A stretch of 64,000 nt of DNA. Origin: the human T2T-CHM13v2.0 reference genome, Homo sapiens. Under the pieces are notes generated by a model. That model was not told the DNA's origin. It saw only the letters and a list, made by a program, of their open reading frames with translations, and did not search any database. Shown piece after piece: positions 1 through 11,758 of this stretch. Each line of letters opens with the position of its first letter. Within the stretch, counting starts at the first letter, position 1. The translations under genes and the position numbers were made by a program. The stretch is taken from assembly GCF_009914755.1 (NCBI RefSeq), contig NC_060925.1, one strand, 5' to 3'.

Positions 1-610
1 CAGGCACCCCTGGTTAATCATGGTCTGTTCAGTCTCAGGAGTTAGGGAAGGGGGTGCTGTGGGAGGAGGCAGTTTCCTCTCCACATGAACACCTGGTCAT
101 GAGATTGTTGCAGTCCACCAGGCCCAGTGCTGCCCAAGTAGAGAGGAGGTCACTCAGCTCCTTGAGGCCTGAGGTCATGCATCGCTCCTTTGTATCCCAG
201 CATCTGGGATACAGTAGGCATTATTCAGGGTATGTTTAACTTAGTTACCTGTTTTCAGTTTTAAGCAATGTGTGGGCTGCACAGAAACATAAGATGCAGC
301 CCTAAGCCTTTGGCTCTTCGCAATCTACTTAAAGAAATGAGACATAATGGGTAGACAAATGCAAAGAGAGATGGAGAAATCAATAAAGTTTATTTGAAAA
401 TGTAGGGAAAAAAAAGAAACTAGAATTTAAGCTGCTCCTTGAAGTGTAGGGAGTATCTGGATAGCTTGAGAGACGAGTGGGCAATTTCTTATCAGAGAGT
501 AGTAGGTGGGAAAGCACATGATCTGTCCCAGGGACAGAGAACAGACCAATCTGCTGGGTAAAGGTTCTCTCTAAGGGAGATTAAAGCTAGAAAGATGTCC
601 TTGAAAGGCT

Positions 611-646
611 TTATCCAGTGTGCTGCCATTGAAGATTCTGAAACAG
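611..646 (-). CDS. ST7L: Candidate distal alternative ST7L terminal exon, coding part LFQNLQWQHTG*
   Basis: Strong acceptor ctcttcttcgtttctttttcag| at 648-647, phase-0 frame to TAA at 613-611, AATAAA on - at 394-389. Confidence 0.4.
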   Translation of the reverse strand: MFQNLQWQHTG

Positions 647-1412
647 CTGAAAAAGAAACGAAGAAGAGATCCCTACCAAAGGCAGGTAAAGCAGCAAATG
701 GTTGTTTTTCAGTCTGTTCGAGGTATTTGTGGTGGGATTCTTGGAGGTGCTGGAAGTTGATATGGTTTTTCCCCAAGGGAATGAAAGTTACCATCCTGGC
801 TCACATTTCTGGTTCAGATAGGTTAAACTAGGAACATGCAATGCAGCAGAACTCTTCTCCTCTGGTTATTGCTGTGGGGCTCCCAGGCTCTTTTCTACAG
901 GCTCAGCGTCAGGACTTGGGTGAAGTGGAGCCAAAAAACCTCAGCTATCTTCGGTACTGTTTGTTTTCACCCATCACTGTCATTCCTGGAAGAGTCAAGT
1001 GGCTTGGAGTAAAACTGGGCACAGAAAAAGGGTGGGGCTCTACCCAATTAATGAAGAAAGTAGTCTGTATACTTTGTAGGGTGCTAGAAGAAAAAAACTT
1101 GGAGCCCTTCTGATTTTCCTAGTGATTTCCTGCCACTAAGTATACTTTCCTCCCACTTGGTCTAATTCAGAGGGTCACTCTCTGGATACCTAGAAATAAT
1201 TCCATAACATCTGAGGTGTAAACCTATACTACCATACTGAAAATACACCTTTAGGGAAGGAACTTTGGAGTTAGGAGGGAGGATAAGTCAAATGTGTGTT
1301 CGTTTTTCTCAGAGGCATAAAATTAGGCCTCCTAAAACCCAAAGTGGGCCCTGGAATTCAAAGAATATAAGTCATCCCAGAAAGAATATGGAGCCAGGAA
1401 TTCCCTCCAAAG

Positions 1413-1618
1413 CAATAGAGTCCAATTGAACTTTCTGTGATGATAGAAATGTTTTCCTATCTCTGTTGTCCAATACAGTAGCAACTAGCCACATGTGATT
1501 ACTGAGTACTTGGAATATAACTAGTGTGACTGAGGAGCTAAATTTTTTAGTTTAATTTTCATTAATTTAGATGTAAAAGACCATATGTGACTAGTGGCTG
1601 CTACCCTGGACAGCACAG
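1413..1618. mobile_element. MER3-like hAT-Charlie MITE
   Basis: gtccaat..gaactttctgtgatgatagaaatgtt..ctagccacatgtg..tggacagcacag matches the MER3 consensus as I recall it. Confidence 0.8.
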
Positions 1619-1725
1619 CTCCACAGTGTAGAAGGGGTTTTTGGTGCCCAAGAGGACTTAAGACCCAGCCCTTGGAGTTAGGAGACTAACATATACAGTA
1701 GACCTAGTCAGTCCACATTCCAGAC

Positions 1726-1932
1726 CAGTGGTCTCCTAACATTCTGGATCCTTTACTCCTATCATTAAAACAATTTGAGCATATATCTCCATTATATGTA
1801 TATTTATTTATACCTGTGTTCCACTATATGAATATGTATATTATAAAACGTAAATATTTTAAATTGATGAGATAAAAAACATAGAAGTTCTAGCATTTTC
1901 CTCCCGTATCCCAGTGACATTTGGAGACTAAT
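1726..1932. mobile_element. MER96B-like hAT MITE
   Basis: Terminal inverted repeats cagtggtctcc / ttggagacta around an AT-rich core. Confidence 0.55.
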
Positions 1933-2324
1933 TCTGTAGAAATCAGTTAATCTATTCTCCGTTTTGAACCTAGGCTAGTCAGTTTCCCATCTCTGGATTC
2001 TTATTAACCATGGAAAAGCTTGGAGTAGATGCTCTCATGGGCCCAACTCATCCAAAAGTCTATTGATTTTATGATCTGTTGGCAGGATCTCTTTTGCTAA
2101 AATCAGTCAGAATGAGGTTCTAAGCATTCCCTATGCATGGGGAAAACATGATCCCTATCCTAGAGTTTCCACTGTAAGGGGAAGGGATAATGCTTAGGGA
2201 TAATAGCAATAATAATAATGCAAGGGATATTACTTAGGAATTCCTTAGGAATATGCCTCCAGCCAGTCATGGTAATCAGTTCACCTCTTCAGATGAACAG
2301 AGATTATATCTAACAATCTATTAT

Positions 2325-2440
2325 TGTGCTTATTTTCATATGAGAAACTAAGTTAATGTTTCATTTTGACTAAATCACACAACTAAGAGTGGTAGAACTG
2401 GGATTTGAATCCAGACAAGATGATGTCAGAGCCCATGCTT
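2325..2440 (-). mobile_element. MIR fragment
   Basis: attttcatatgagaaactaag..ctgggatttgaatccag. Confidence 0.6.
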
Positions 2441-2441
2441 C

Positions 2442-2744
2442 TTTTTTTTTTTTTTTTTTTTGGAGACAGAGTTTCACTGTCACCCAGGCTAGAGTGCAGT
2501 GGTGCAATCTTGGCTCACTGCAGCCTCGACCTCCCAGCCTCGTGTTACTTTCACCTCAGCCTCCTGAGTATCTAGGACTACAGGCTCATGCCCATGGCAC
2601 CTGGCTAATTTTTTAAGTTTTTGTAGAGACAGGGCTTGCTATGTTTCCCAGGCTGGTCTTGAATTCCTGGACTCAAGGATTCCTTCTGCCTTGGCCTTCC
2701 AAAATGCTGGGATGATAGGCATGAGTGAGCCACTGTGCCCAGCC
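2442..2744 (-). mobile_element. Alu (old, J-like)
   Basis: Poly-T then a full antisense Alu, ending about 100 nt before the WNT2B acceptor. Confidence 0.95.
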
Positions 2745-2848
2745 CAAAAAAGCGATTCTTTTTATCTTCCTTCTGAGAATGTGGTTAAGGGTATCCAGGG
2801 CAGCTGAAGAGATAACTTTGTTCTCACTCCCTCTCTTCCCCAACCCAG

Positions 2849-3078
2849 GTTCCCTAGGCACTGCAGGCCGTGTCTGCAGCAAGACATCAAAAGGAACAGA
2901 CGGTTGTGAAATCATGTGCTGTGGCCGAGGGTACGACACAACTCGAGTCACCCGTGTTACCCAGTGTGAGTGCAAATTCCACTGGTGCTGTGCTGTACGG
3001 TGCAAGGAATGCAGAAATACTGTGGACGTCCATACTTGCAAAGCCCCCAAGAAGGCAGAGTGGCTGGACCAAACCTGA
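2849..3078 (+). CDS. WNT2B: Last coding exon of Wnt family member 2B (C-terminal cysteine-rich hairpin)
   Basis: Pyrimidine tract and ccag|GT acceptor at 2847-2848. Frame reads (G)[75 protein letters not shown], stop TGA at 3076-3078. Wnt C-terminal Cys pattern (CCGRGY, CxCxFxWCC); the tail AEWLDQT matches WNT2B as I recall it. The ORF-track start at 2725 is inside an Alu and is intronic. Confidence 0.97.
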
Positions 3079-3813
3079 ACACACAGATACCTCACTCATC
3101 CCTCCAATTCAAGCCTCTCAACTCAAAAGCACAAGATCCTTGCATGCACACCTTCCTCCACCCTCCACCCTGGGCTGCTACCGCTTCTATTTAAGGATGT
3201 AGAGAGTAATCCATAGGGACCATGGTGTCCTGGCTGGTTCCTTAGCCCTGGGAAGGAGTTGTCAGGGGATATAAGAAACTGAGCAAGCTCCCTGATTTCC
3301 CGCTCTGGAGATTTGAAGGGAGAGTAGAAGAGATAGGGGGTCTTTAGAGTGAAATGAGTTGCACTAAAGTACGTAGTTGAGGCTCCTTTTTTCTTTCCTT
3401 TGCACCAGCTTCCCGATACTTCTTGGTGTGCAAGAGGAAGGGTACCTGTAGAGAGCTTCTTTTTGTTTCTACCTGGCCAAAGTTAGATGGGACAAAGATG
3501 AATGGCATGTCCCTTCTCTGAAGTCCGTTTGAGCAGAACTACCTGGTACCCCGAAAGAAAATCTTAGGCTACCACATTCTATTATTGAGAGCCTGAGATG
3601 TTAGCCATAGTGGACAAGGTTCCATTCACATGCTCATATGTTTATAAACTGTGTTTTGTAGAAGAAAAAGAATCATAACAATACAAACACACATTCATTC
3701 TCTCTTTTTCTCTCTACCATTCTCAACCTGTATTGGACAGCACTGCCTCTTTTGCTTACTTGCTGCCTGTTCAAACTGAGGTGGAATGCAGTGGTTCCCA
3801 TGCTTAACAAATC

Positions 3814-3819
3814 ATTAAA
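3814..3819 (+). terminator. Candidate proximal WNT2B poly(A) signal (ATTAAA)
   Basis: Variant hexamer about 740 nt after the stop, followed by TTGTGTTG and a T-run at 3871-3900. Confidence 0.5.
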
Positions 3820-4444
3820 ACACCCTAGAACACTCCTAGGATAGATTAATGTAGTAAGTCTGGCTAGGCCTTGTGTTGCCTTTTTTTTTTTTTTTTTTTT
3901 CTTTTCTTTTCTTCTCTTCCCATGCACTATTCTGGAGGTTTGCCAGGTTTGGGGAGACATGGAGTAAAAGAAAGATAGGCAACTCATGGATGGTGGGAGA
4001 GCAGGTAAGCAGGTCTGATCTCAAGGGCCCACATGAGGCATCAGTATATATTAGGCAGGTAGGGATCTCTGGCTTTGGTAATTCTTTATGAGAGGATCCT
4101 AGCCTTTGAAGCTGGGAGCAGGAGTCAGTGGCTACAGTGGGAAGGAGTACTGCAGGTTGGGGCCAAAGTGATACACAGCTTAGAAGGCAGCCTTCCTCCA
4201 CTTACTCAACAAATCTTTATTTAGTGACTCTCCAAGTCCTAGTGATTATTATTATTGTTCACTCCACATTTGGCTTAATGGGTAATGCTATTACCCATTG
4301 CCTAACTAGGTTTGCAGTAGTGGAATCTCCAGAGATAGCAGGCTTAGTAAGCTGGAGGTAGGACATGAAGTCCCCCAAAACTTGATGTCCTATTTTTATG
4401 TGAGTTGGACAGTGGTTATCTTTTGCCTGTTGATATCTTAAAGC

Positions 4445-4914
<470 letters not shown>

Positions 4915-6087
4915 TAATTATGCACCAAACTCCAGCCCGCAGATCCTCTTCACCAAAGCCCCTGGCTGGTCTAGCCCATCATGACTTCTCTAGGAACAGT
5001 CCTTCTTTAGGACTATAAAGTATTAACAAAAGTCTGTAGATTAAGGAGCCTGCATAAAGAATTCTGGATACAGGCCCCTGTCTTTCCAAAGTTCCTCTCC
5101 AATATCCCTTGGGGTCCTCATGTTTTTGAAGCAGCTTCACTCTGCACAGGCAGCAGGAGGTTGGGGGAGCCATAGCTCTGGGCCACGGGGGCAGATTTAT
5201 TTGGATGATAGGACTAATATTTGTGTAACCTGCTGAGACCTGTGTGGGAGAGTTTAGGGTGGTTTTTCTTTTGGTGAGGGGATTTGCTCTGGTTTCACAT
5301 CCATTAACACAAAACATGAGCTAGTCAGGGCCCTTGTGGTCTGCGGTAAGGGGATGCCTGTGGAGAAATGGGCCTGAGTGAGTCAGGCCAAGAGAATGTC
5401 TTCCTTCAGAATGGAGTCAACTGGATAACTGATGAGCCAATGGTGGGATTAAGGAGGGGGAAATGGGAGGGGAAGAGAACAGCTGACATCTTGAGGAAAG
5501 CTTTGGGGTAGTGGAGAGGTAAGGGGGTCATGGTCAGTCTGAACTCAACAATAGGGCTGAATGAATTTACCAAAGGAAGCTGCCTTATATTATATGCCAG
5601 GCTGCTGGGGAAAGCCTCAGGTCCTGGCCAGCCCCTGTTCTCACAAGAACATGCAGGTTACCACATAAATAATGGCATATGCCTTCCATAGGACGTCAAC
5701 CTGACTTAAATCTACCTATACCCTACTCTCTATTCTTTGGTTTTTGGTTCTCATCCCTGTGGAAGGAAATGGGCCTCTTCTGGCATCTCATGCTACTCTG
5801 TGCTTTTCCTTGGGCTCCAAATTCTAGCTCATAAAGATGCAAGTTTTGCAATTTCCTATAAATGGTTAAGAAAAGAGCAAGCTGTCCAGAGAGTGAGAAG
5901 TTTGAAAAGAGAGGTGCATAAGAGAGAAATGATGTCCATTTGAGCCCCACCACGGAGGTTATGTGGTCCCAAAAGGAATGATGGCCAAGCAATTAATTTT
6001 TCCTCCTAGTTCTTAGCTTGCTTCTGCATTGATTGGCTTTACACAACTGGCATTTAGTCTGCATTACACAAATAGACACTAATTTAT

Positions 6088-8581
6088 TTGGAACAAGCAG
6101 CAAAATGAGAACTTTATTTGGTGCAGTCAGGGCTCCATTTAGTTCCCTCACTCTGCTTCTAATCACCCCTTCTCCCAGCCCTCTTCTATTTGATAGAGGT
6201 CTGTCCCTCAGATCAGCAATGTCTTAGCCCCTCTCCTCTCTTCCATTCCTTCCTGTTGGTACTCATTTCTTCTAACTTTTAATAAACATTTAGGTATAAT
6301 ACATTACAGTAAGTGCTATTTAGATACAAACTTAAAACATACTATATATTTTAAGGATCTAAGAATCCTTTAGAGAAGGCACATGACTGAAGTACCTCAG
6401 CTGCGCAGCCTGTAGCCAGTTTTTTTAATGTAAAAGTAAGAATGCCAGCCTTAACCTAGCCCTGCAGATAAAAGCTAACTTTTATTAATACCAGCCCTGA
6501 ATAATGGCACTAATCCACACTCTTCCTTAGAGTGATGCTGGAAAAATAAAATCAGGGGCTTCAGATTAAAAAAAAAAACAAAAAACAAAAAACAAAAACA
6601 AACATTGCCTGGCCCTGAGGGTCTGTTTGCAAAACTTCTTGTAGATCTAATTTCTGAACACTCACTGCTTCATTTCTATTCCTCCTGTTGCAGGGAGTAA
6701 TTTCTTCTCCTTTGTCTCACTTCCCTTATCAAGAACACCAACCAGTAAGTCTTTGCCAAATTCTCAGACCCACTCAGGACACGAGTCTCTACATGGCTTA
6801 ACAGAAGAGAGATAATTAGGATTTTTTTTTCCTCAGTCTTTCTGAGGTTTTTATTTAAATGCACTCAGTGGTCATAGGGCAGAAGCTCAAGCTAGCTGGG
6901 GCGAAGGGAGGACGCCAGGGAGAGTATGTTTCTCATCCCTGGGAGGCATTCAGCCTAGCTCCTGCAGCCAAATTACAGCACCAGAGAACAATGTGATGCA
7001 TTCCTGGGCAGGTCGGTGGGACCCTGGGCGCCTGGGCCTTGTGGAGAGAGGTGCCAGACACAGAGTTCTCCGTAAGCAATCCTGCAGAGCCGCCCCCTGG
7101 GTGCAGAAATGAAATACGGGAGAGCTTCACATTACACAGAGACCTGTAGCTCACACCTGGTTATTGATGGCCTTGGTGGAGGCCTCTGCCCCGACCCTCC
7201 ACTTGGGAACTGCCTGCTACTACGGGGGTTGGGCATCTTTGAAGCAATGTTGGATAACAAGAAAGAGATGCTTCCTTTTCACTCTTTGCCCTCCCTGTCA
7301 GCCTGAGCACAACCATGAGGTTACACACACACACACAGAGGTGTACATATACAGACACATAGAGAACTTCTCTCAGGCTGCATAGGAGTTCTGCTCATCC
7401 TCCTCTCCCCAACAATTAAAAAAAAAAGCAATTAGATTTCGATCCAGTACTTCAAAAAGGATACCAATAGGGTCTGGCTTTAATCAAGGAATATCTACAA
7501 AGTCACATTACCAACCTGCAGGCAACTCTTTGGTTTGGGGACCAGAACTCCTCTGGTGGGTGGTTGGGGGAAGGATGCAGGAAGGGCATGGTGAGGAGAG
7601 ATCAGTGGTGAAGAATTACCATCAAAGCAGAGTGGCTGAGACTGTATAAGTTCGCAAGGCTGGTTCATGCCAGAGATAGTGAGATGTGCACCCTATGTGC
7701 TGAGAATGATGGAGCAGTCTCCTATGACTGCATGGGGTATAACTGCCAAGCCTACTGCTCATGACCTGTGGTTGTTTTTAACTCTTAACTGGGTTAGAAA
7801 ACTGGAGAGCTTTGGATTCCAGGGATGATCTCCATAAGAGAGAAGCACTGGAAAAGACCAAGTGGTGGCTTTATTAGGGTAAATATATCACAGTTGCTAC
7901 AGTGAATTGAGCTTTCTCAGAAGCTATTATTTTCTTTGGGTGATTGGCAGGTATAGGGCAATAGCCAGTGGGGTGTCAGTAATATGCCCTGTCCCTGACC
8001 TCAAAGGTAAAGGGATAGAAAAGAGAGGGCGTTGACAAACTCATTTTCCCACTTCCCACTCATGGCTTATATTATCTCTGAGCATCTCGGTGGCTATTCC
8101 TCATTTACTTAAGATGTTTTAGTCATTCTGGATGTGCAAATGCAAGGCAAGCATTCTCCCACTGGCCCCCTAACGGTTAACTATCCTGGCTTAAAATTTT
8201 CCTTTGCTCACTTCCATTCTATGAGTATATCGATGGAGCAGCTGGACATTAGAGTTCTTTCTCTTTGACCAAAGGAGCCAAAATGCGGTGACTTGACTTC
8301 AACCCCAACAGCCCCTGTAAGTAGCCCTGGCCAAACAGAAAGGCTAAGCTGAATGAAGAAAAAAGGAAGACAATTTCATCTACAGTTGTCCTTTTTGACA
8401 GCTTCCAAGGGGGGTTTGCCTAGGAATAACAATATTCATAAGAAGCTTTTTCATATGCAAAATGCTTTAGCATATATGTAATCCTCACAACAACCCTGTG
8501 AGGTAGGGGTTACTGTCACTTTACAGATGCTGTTCAGAAAAATTTGGTGATTTGTCCAAGGTCACATGAACAGTGCGTGGC
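6088..8581 (-). other. ST7L: ST7L 3' UTR of the main terminal exon
   Basis: Lies between the stop at 8582-8584 and the - strand poly(A) signals; the cleavage position is approximate. Confidence 0.65.
6113..6118 (-). terminator. ST7L main poly(A) signal (AATAAA on - strand; second copy at 6083-6088)
   Basis: TTTATT on + at 6113-6118 and 6083-6088; downstream on - is GU-rich GTGTCTATTTGTGT. Confidence 0.65.
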
Positions 8582-8633
8582 TCAGCCAGAACTCAAACCT
8601 AGGTCTTCTGACTTCAAATCCTGTGTATTCTCC
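8430..8633 (-). mobile_element. MIR overlapping the ST7L stop codon
   Basis: aatcctcacaacaaccctgtgaggtag..tttacagatg..ccaaggtcaca..aactcaaacctaggtcttctgacttcaaatcc is the reverse complement of the MIR core and tRNA-derived head. Confidence 0.85.
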
Positions 8634-8680
8634 TCAAAGCCTGAGGATGCCCAGGGTTGGGGGCACCAGAGCCCCAGCAC
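8582..8680 (-). CDS. ST7L: ST7L last coding exon: VLGLWCPQPWASSGFEENTQDLKSEDLGLSSG*
   Basis: Acceptor tttctgttttgaag|GTG (AG at 8682-8681), phase 0 matching the upstream exon ending ...FAKA; 99 nt to TGA. Matches the ST7L C-terminus as I recall it. Confidence 0.88.
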   Translation of the reverse strand: MLGLWCPQPWASSGFEENTQDLKSEDLGLSSG

Positions 8681-9026
8681 CTTCAAAACAGAAATTGATA
8701 CAAAATGTTCAAGCCCTGTAGGAGTCCCAGGACAGCCAAGAGAGTATATCTGAGCACAGTTTACAAAGGAACAGCCTAGGCCCTCCTGAACCTTATCAAC
8801 CAATGGCTCTTTTGCCATTTCTGCCACTATTACCACCAGTACCATGTGACCACTATACAACATATTCCACATTTAAACAACTCTGGCTCCTAATTCTACT
8901 CCTTTTTTCCCCTTCAGATTAACATTAAAAATTTTATCTAGTCCTTTTGAAATTATGCTAAATGTATAGACACAGTAGAAGTAGTCATGACAGAAAATTA
9001 TTAAGGCTTTGAAAATATGTATCAGA

Positions 9027-9323
9027 GGCCGGGTGCAGTGGCTCATGCCTGTAATCCCAGCACTTTGGGAGGCCGAGGTGGGGCAGATCACGAGGTCAGG
9101 AGATTGAGACCATCCTGGCTAACACGGTGAAACCCTGTCTCTACTAAAAATACAAAAAAATTAGCCGGGCCTGGTGGCGGGCGCCTGTAGTCCCAGCTAC
9201 TGGGGAGGCTGAGGCAGGAGAATGGCGTGAACCCAGGAGGCAGAGCTTGCAGTGAGCCAAGATGCACCACTGCACTCCAGCCTGGGAGACAGAGCGAGAC
9301 TCCGTCACAAAAAAAAAAAAAAA
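9027..9323 (+). mobile_element. Alu (Y-like)
   Basis: Diagnostic gagaccatcctggctaacacggtg; degenerate TSD gaaaatatgtatcaga / gaaggtatgtattaga. Confidence 0.95.
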
Positions 9324-11724
9324 GAAGGTATGTATTAGAATTTTCTTTGAGATTTCACTCCTTTTAAAAATGACGTCAACTCCTGGGTTAGGAAAGCAAG
9401 ATGAGGGAATAAGTGTCCTAAGAAACTCCCATCCCAAGCCAGACAGATGCCTACCCGTGGCCTGGCAAAGGTCCTGGGATCTCAAGCTGATGCAAGCAAT
9501 TTGTGTACACCAAGGCAAGGGGTCTCAATCCTGCAGAGAAACCCATGAGATGAGGCAGACAGCAGATTTTCACTTGATCAAACACTTGCTGCTCTCAACC
9601 CCTCTTTGTTTTCCCATCCAAAATCTGGACCTCTGTTTAGGCGCAAGACAGTGAGTAAGAGCAGCTCCAAAAGATGACGTATGCAAGGGGAACTCTTCTG
9701 TTCAATCCTGTAATGTTTTCTGTTAGAGACAGCATAGGCTACCTATCCTAATCCTGCACCCCAACTGTTAAGACAGAAGGGAAAAGTACAATGTTCATCA
9801 ATCATAGCTCTGGGATGCTGCAGCTCCCTGACCTGGGCCCCTACTTGAGCTAGGAGAAGAACACCTCATGAAAACAGTCTACCTATAGTCAGGACTTCCC
9901 CAAGGCAGACTTTATTTTTTGGTCCATCGATCTTGGCTCTCACTGTTCTCCCTGCTTCCCACCCCCAACTGCCTCTGCATGTGGGCTCAGAAGTCATCAT
10001 CTAAAGAATTCCATTGCTCACCTCCTGCATAGCAGCACAGCCCCATGAGGCCACACACCAGATGGAGGGGATAAAAGTACGAGGTCATGGCTTCTTGCAA
10101 GAGGCTTTTTCTTAAACTAACCCTGACTCCTGGAAAAGAGGCAGAGCAGGAGAGTGTTGAATGAGCTGCTGATGACAGCAGCTTCATAGGTCTTGTGTAT
10201 AAAGGAAGGAAAAAGCTAACTTGGCTTTCCGTGGAAATTTACCTACTCCCATTTTCAGGTCTACTCCTGGTCTCACATCTACTTCTTGAAGGTGTCTAAG
10301 TAGAATGCAGAGATTGTCAAGCTAGAGGGTTAACTCCTTCCCAATTGTAGGGATCTATTCAGCAGGCTGCCACACACATGCTGAGGTGGAGGCCAACCCT
10401 GAACACATGCGCTGCTTCTTTAGGAATGTAACTATGAAGTAAAAGGAAACAGTAAGGAAGGTGAACTGGAACTCTGGGGAAACTGAAAAGGTCATCAATA
10501 GGCCTTCAAAATATTTGTGTGTAATAAGTAGACACAAGAGGCTGGAGGAAGATGATCATTCCTAGAATAATTATGCTTACTGGGTGACAATATACAGAAG
10601 CAACAATTACAATAAAATGAAACAGTTTAATGGACTAGGAAGCAGAAGTCTGAGAATAAAGGAATTAGGTTAATGAGATTAAGCAGAGATGGCATTCCAC
10701 AGGAGGTGACTTTTGAGTTGAATTTTTAAAAGATAGCTTTATGTGTTTTATGAACTGACTGAGGGCAGTCAGAAGAAGGCATTCTAAATAGAGGGAACTG
10801 GTATGTGCTGAAACTTAGAAGCAGGAATGTACAAGCAATATATAAGGAATTTCAAGCAAGTACACATTATATACACTGGGGAATACAGAGAAATTAGAAT
10901 GCTGAGATCAGGGCTTAAATAATGTGAGGTGACTGTGTGCACCTAGACTGTCAAATGGTTCAGCATCCCCTATAGAGCCACATAGTATCTTGATTTATGT
11001 CAGTAAACATCAGGGCACCTATGGAAAAGCACAAGGATGAGTCCATTTGTTACAGACCCAGGGACTAACAGAGATCTACACTGTAAAGTTCAACAAAATG
11101 CTACATATCATTAACTACAGCTCCTTATCATTTGAGATTCTGGGCTAAGTAAGAGATATCAAATATCCTATCCAGTACTGTGATACATTAATGTAGGCTT
11201 ACAGGCCCAGAACCTGGCATAAATCAAGCCAAACCCTTAAGAAATTAGAATGTGAAAAGAAAATAATTTAAAATAGAAAATACATGCTGCTTTTCCTCAC
11301 TCCCAAACTTAAAACTTGACTGGTCCTACATATTCTACTTGGTATATTGAATTTTTGCAGCTAGCAGATTTATCGTATCTGAGGCCATAGTGAATAGAAG
11401 AGCTGCAAAAGAGCTTTAGAGACTGCAAAACCAGCTCACTAATAAATGAGGAACTTTATTCTAATTTACTACCAGGGGCTGAAGTAGCAGCCAAAGAAGG
11501 AGACAAATTCTAACTTCATGATCTCTAGTTAGGTGTCTATTTTCCTGCATTTGCTAAAGGTAAAAATCGCTACTTATGGGGCTTTTGTCATACTTCTTAA
11601 CCAAACTTCCCTAACTTCTGAGGATAAAAACCATAAGGGCAATCTTATTCTTCCAAAGCAGTTCCCTGGTGCCACTTTCAGAAACAGAGTATTGAACTAT
11701 GGGTCTGACCCAGTGTGGCACTGA

Positions 11725-11758
11725 GTGTGTGTGTGTTTGTGTGTTTGTGTGTGTGTGT
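11725..11758. repeat. Imperfect (TG)n microsatellite
   Basis: Seen directly. Confidence 0.9.

Noticed and set aside
2673-3202. Overlapping ORFs 2673..3095 (-), 2887..3099 (-), 2870..3202 (+) and 2970..3194 (+)
   Set aside because: Shadow frames of the WNT2B exon and the adjacent Alu; no independent protein features.
8681-8872. N-terminal part of ORF 8582..8872
   Set aside because: Upstream of the splice acceptor at 8681-8682, so intronic; only 8582-8680 is coding.
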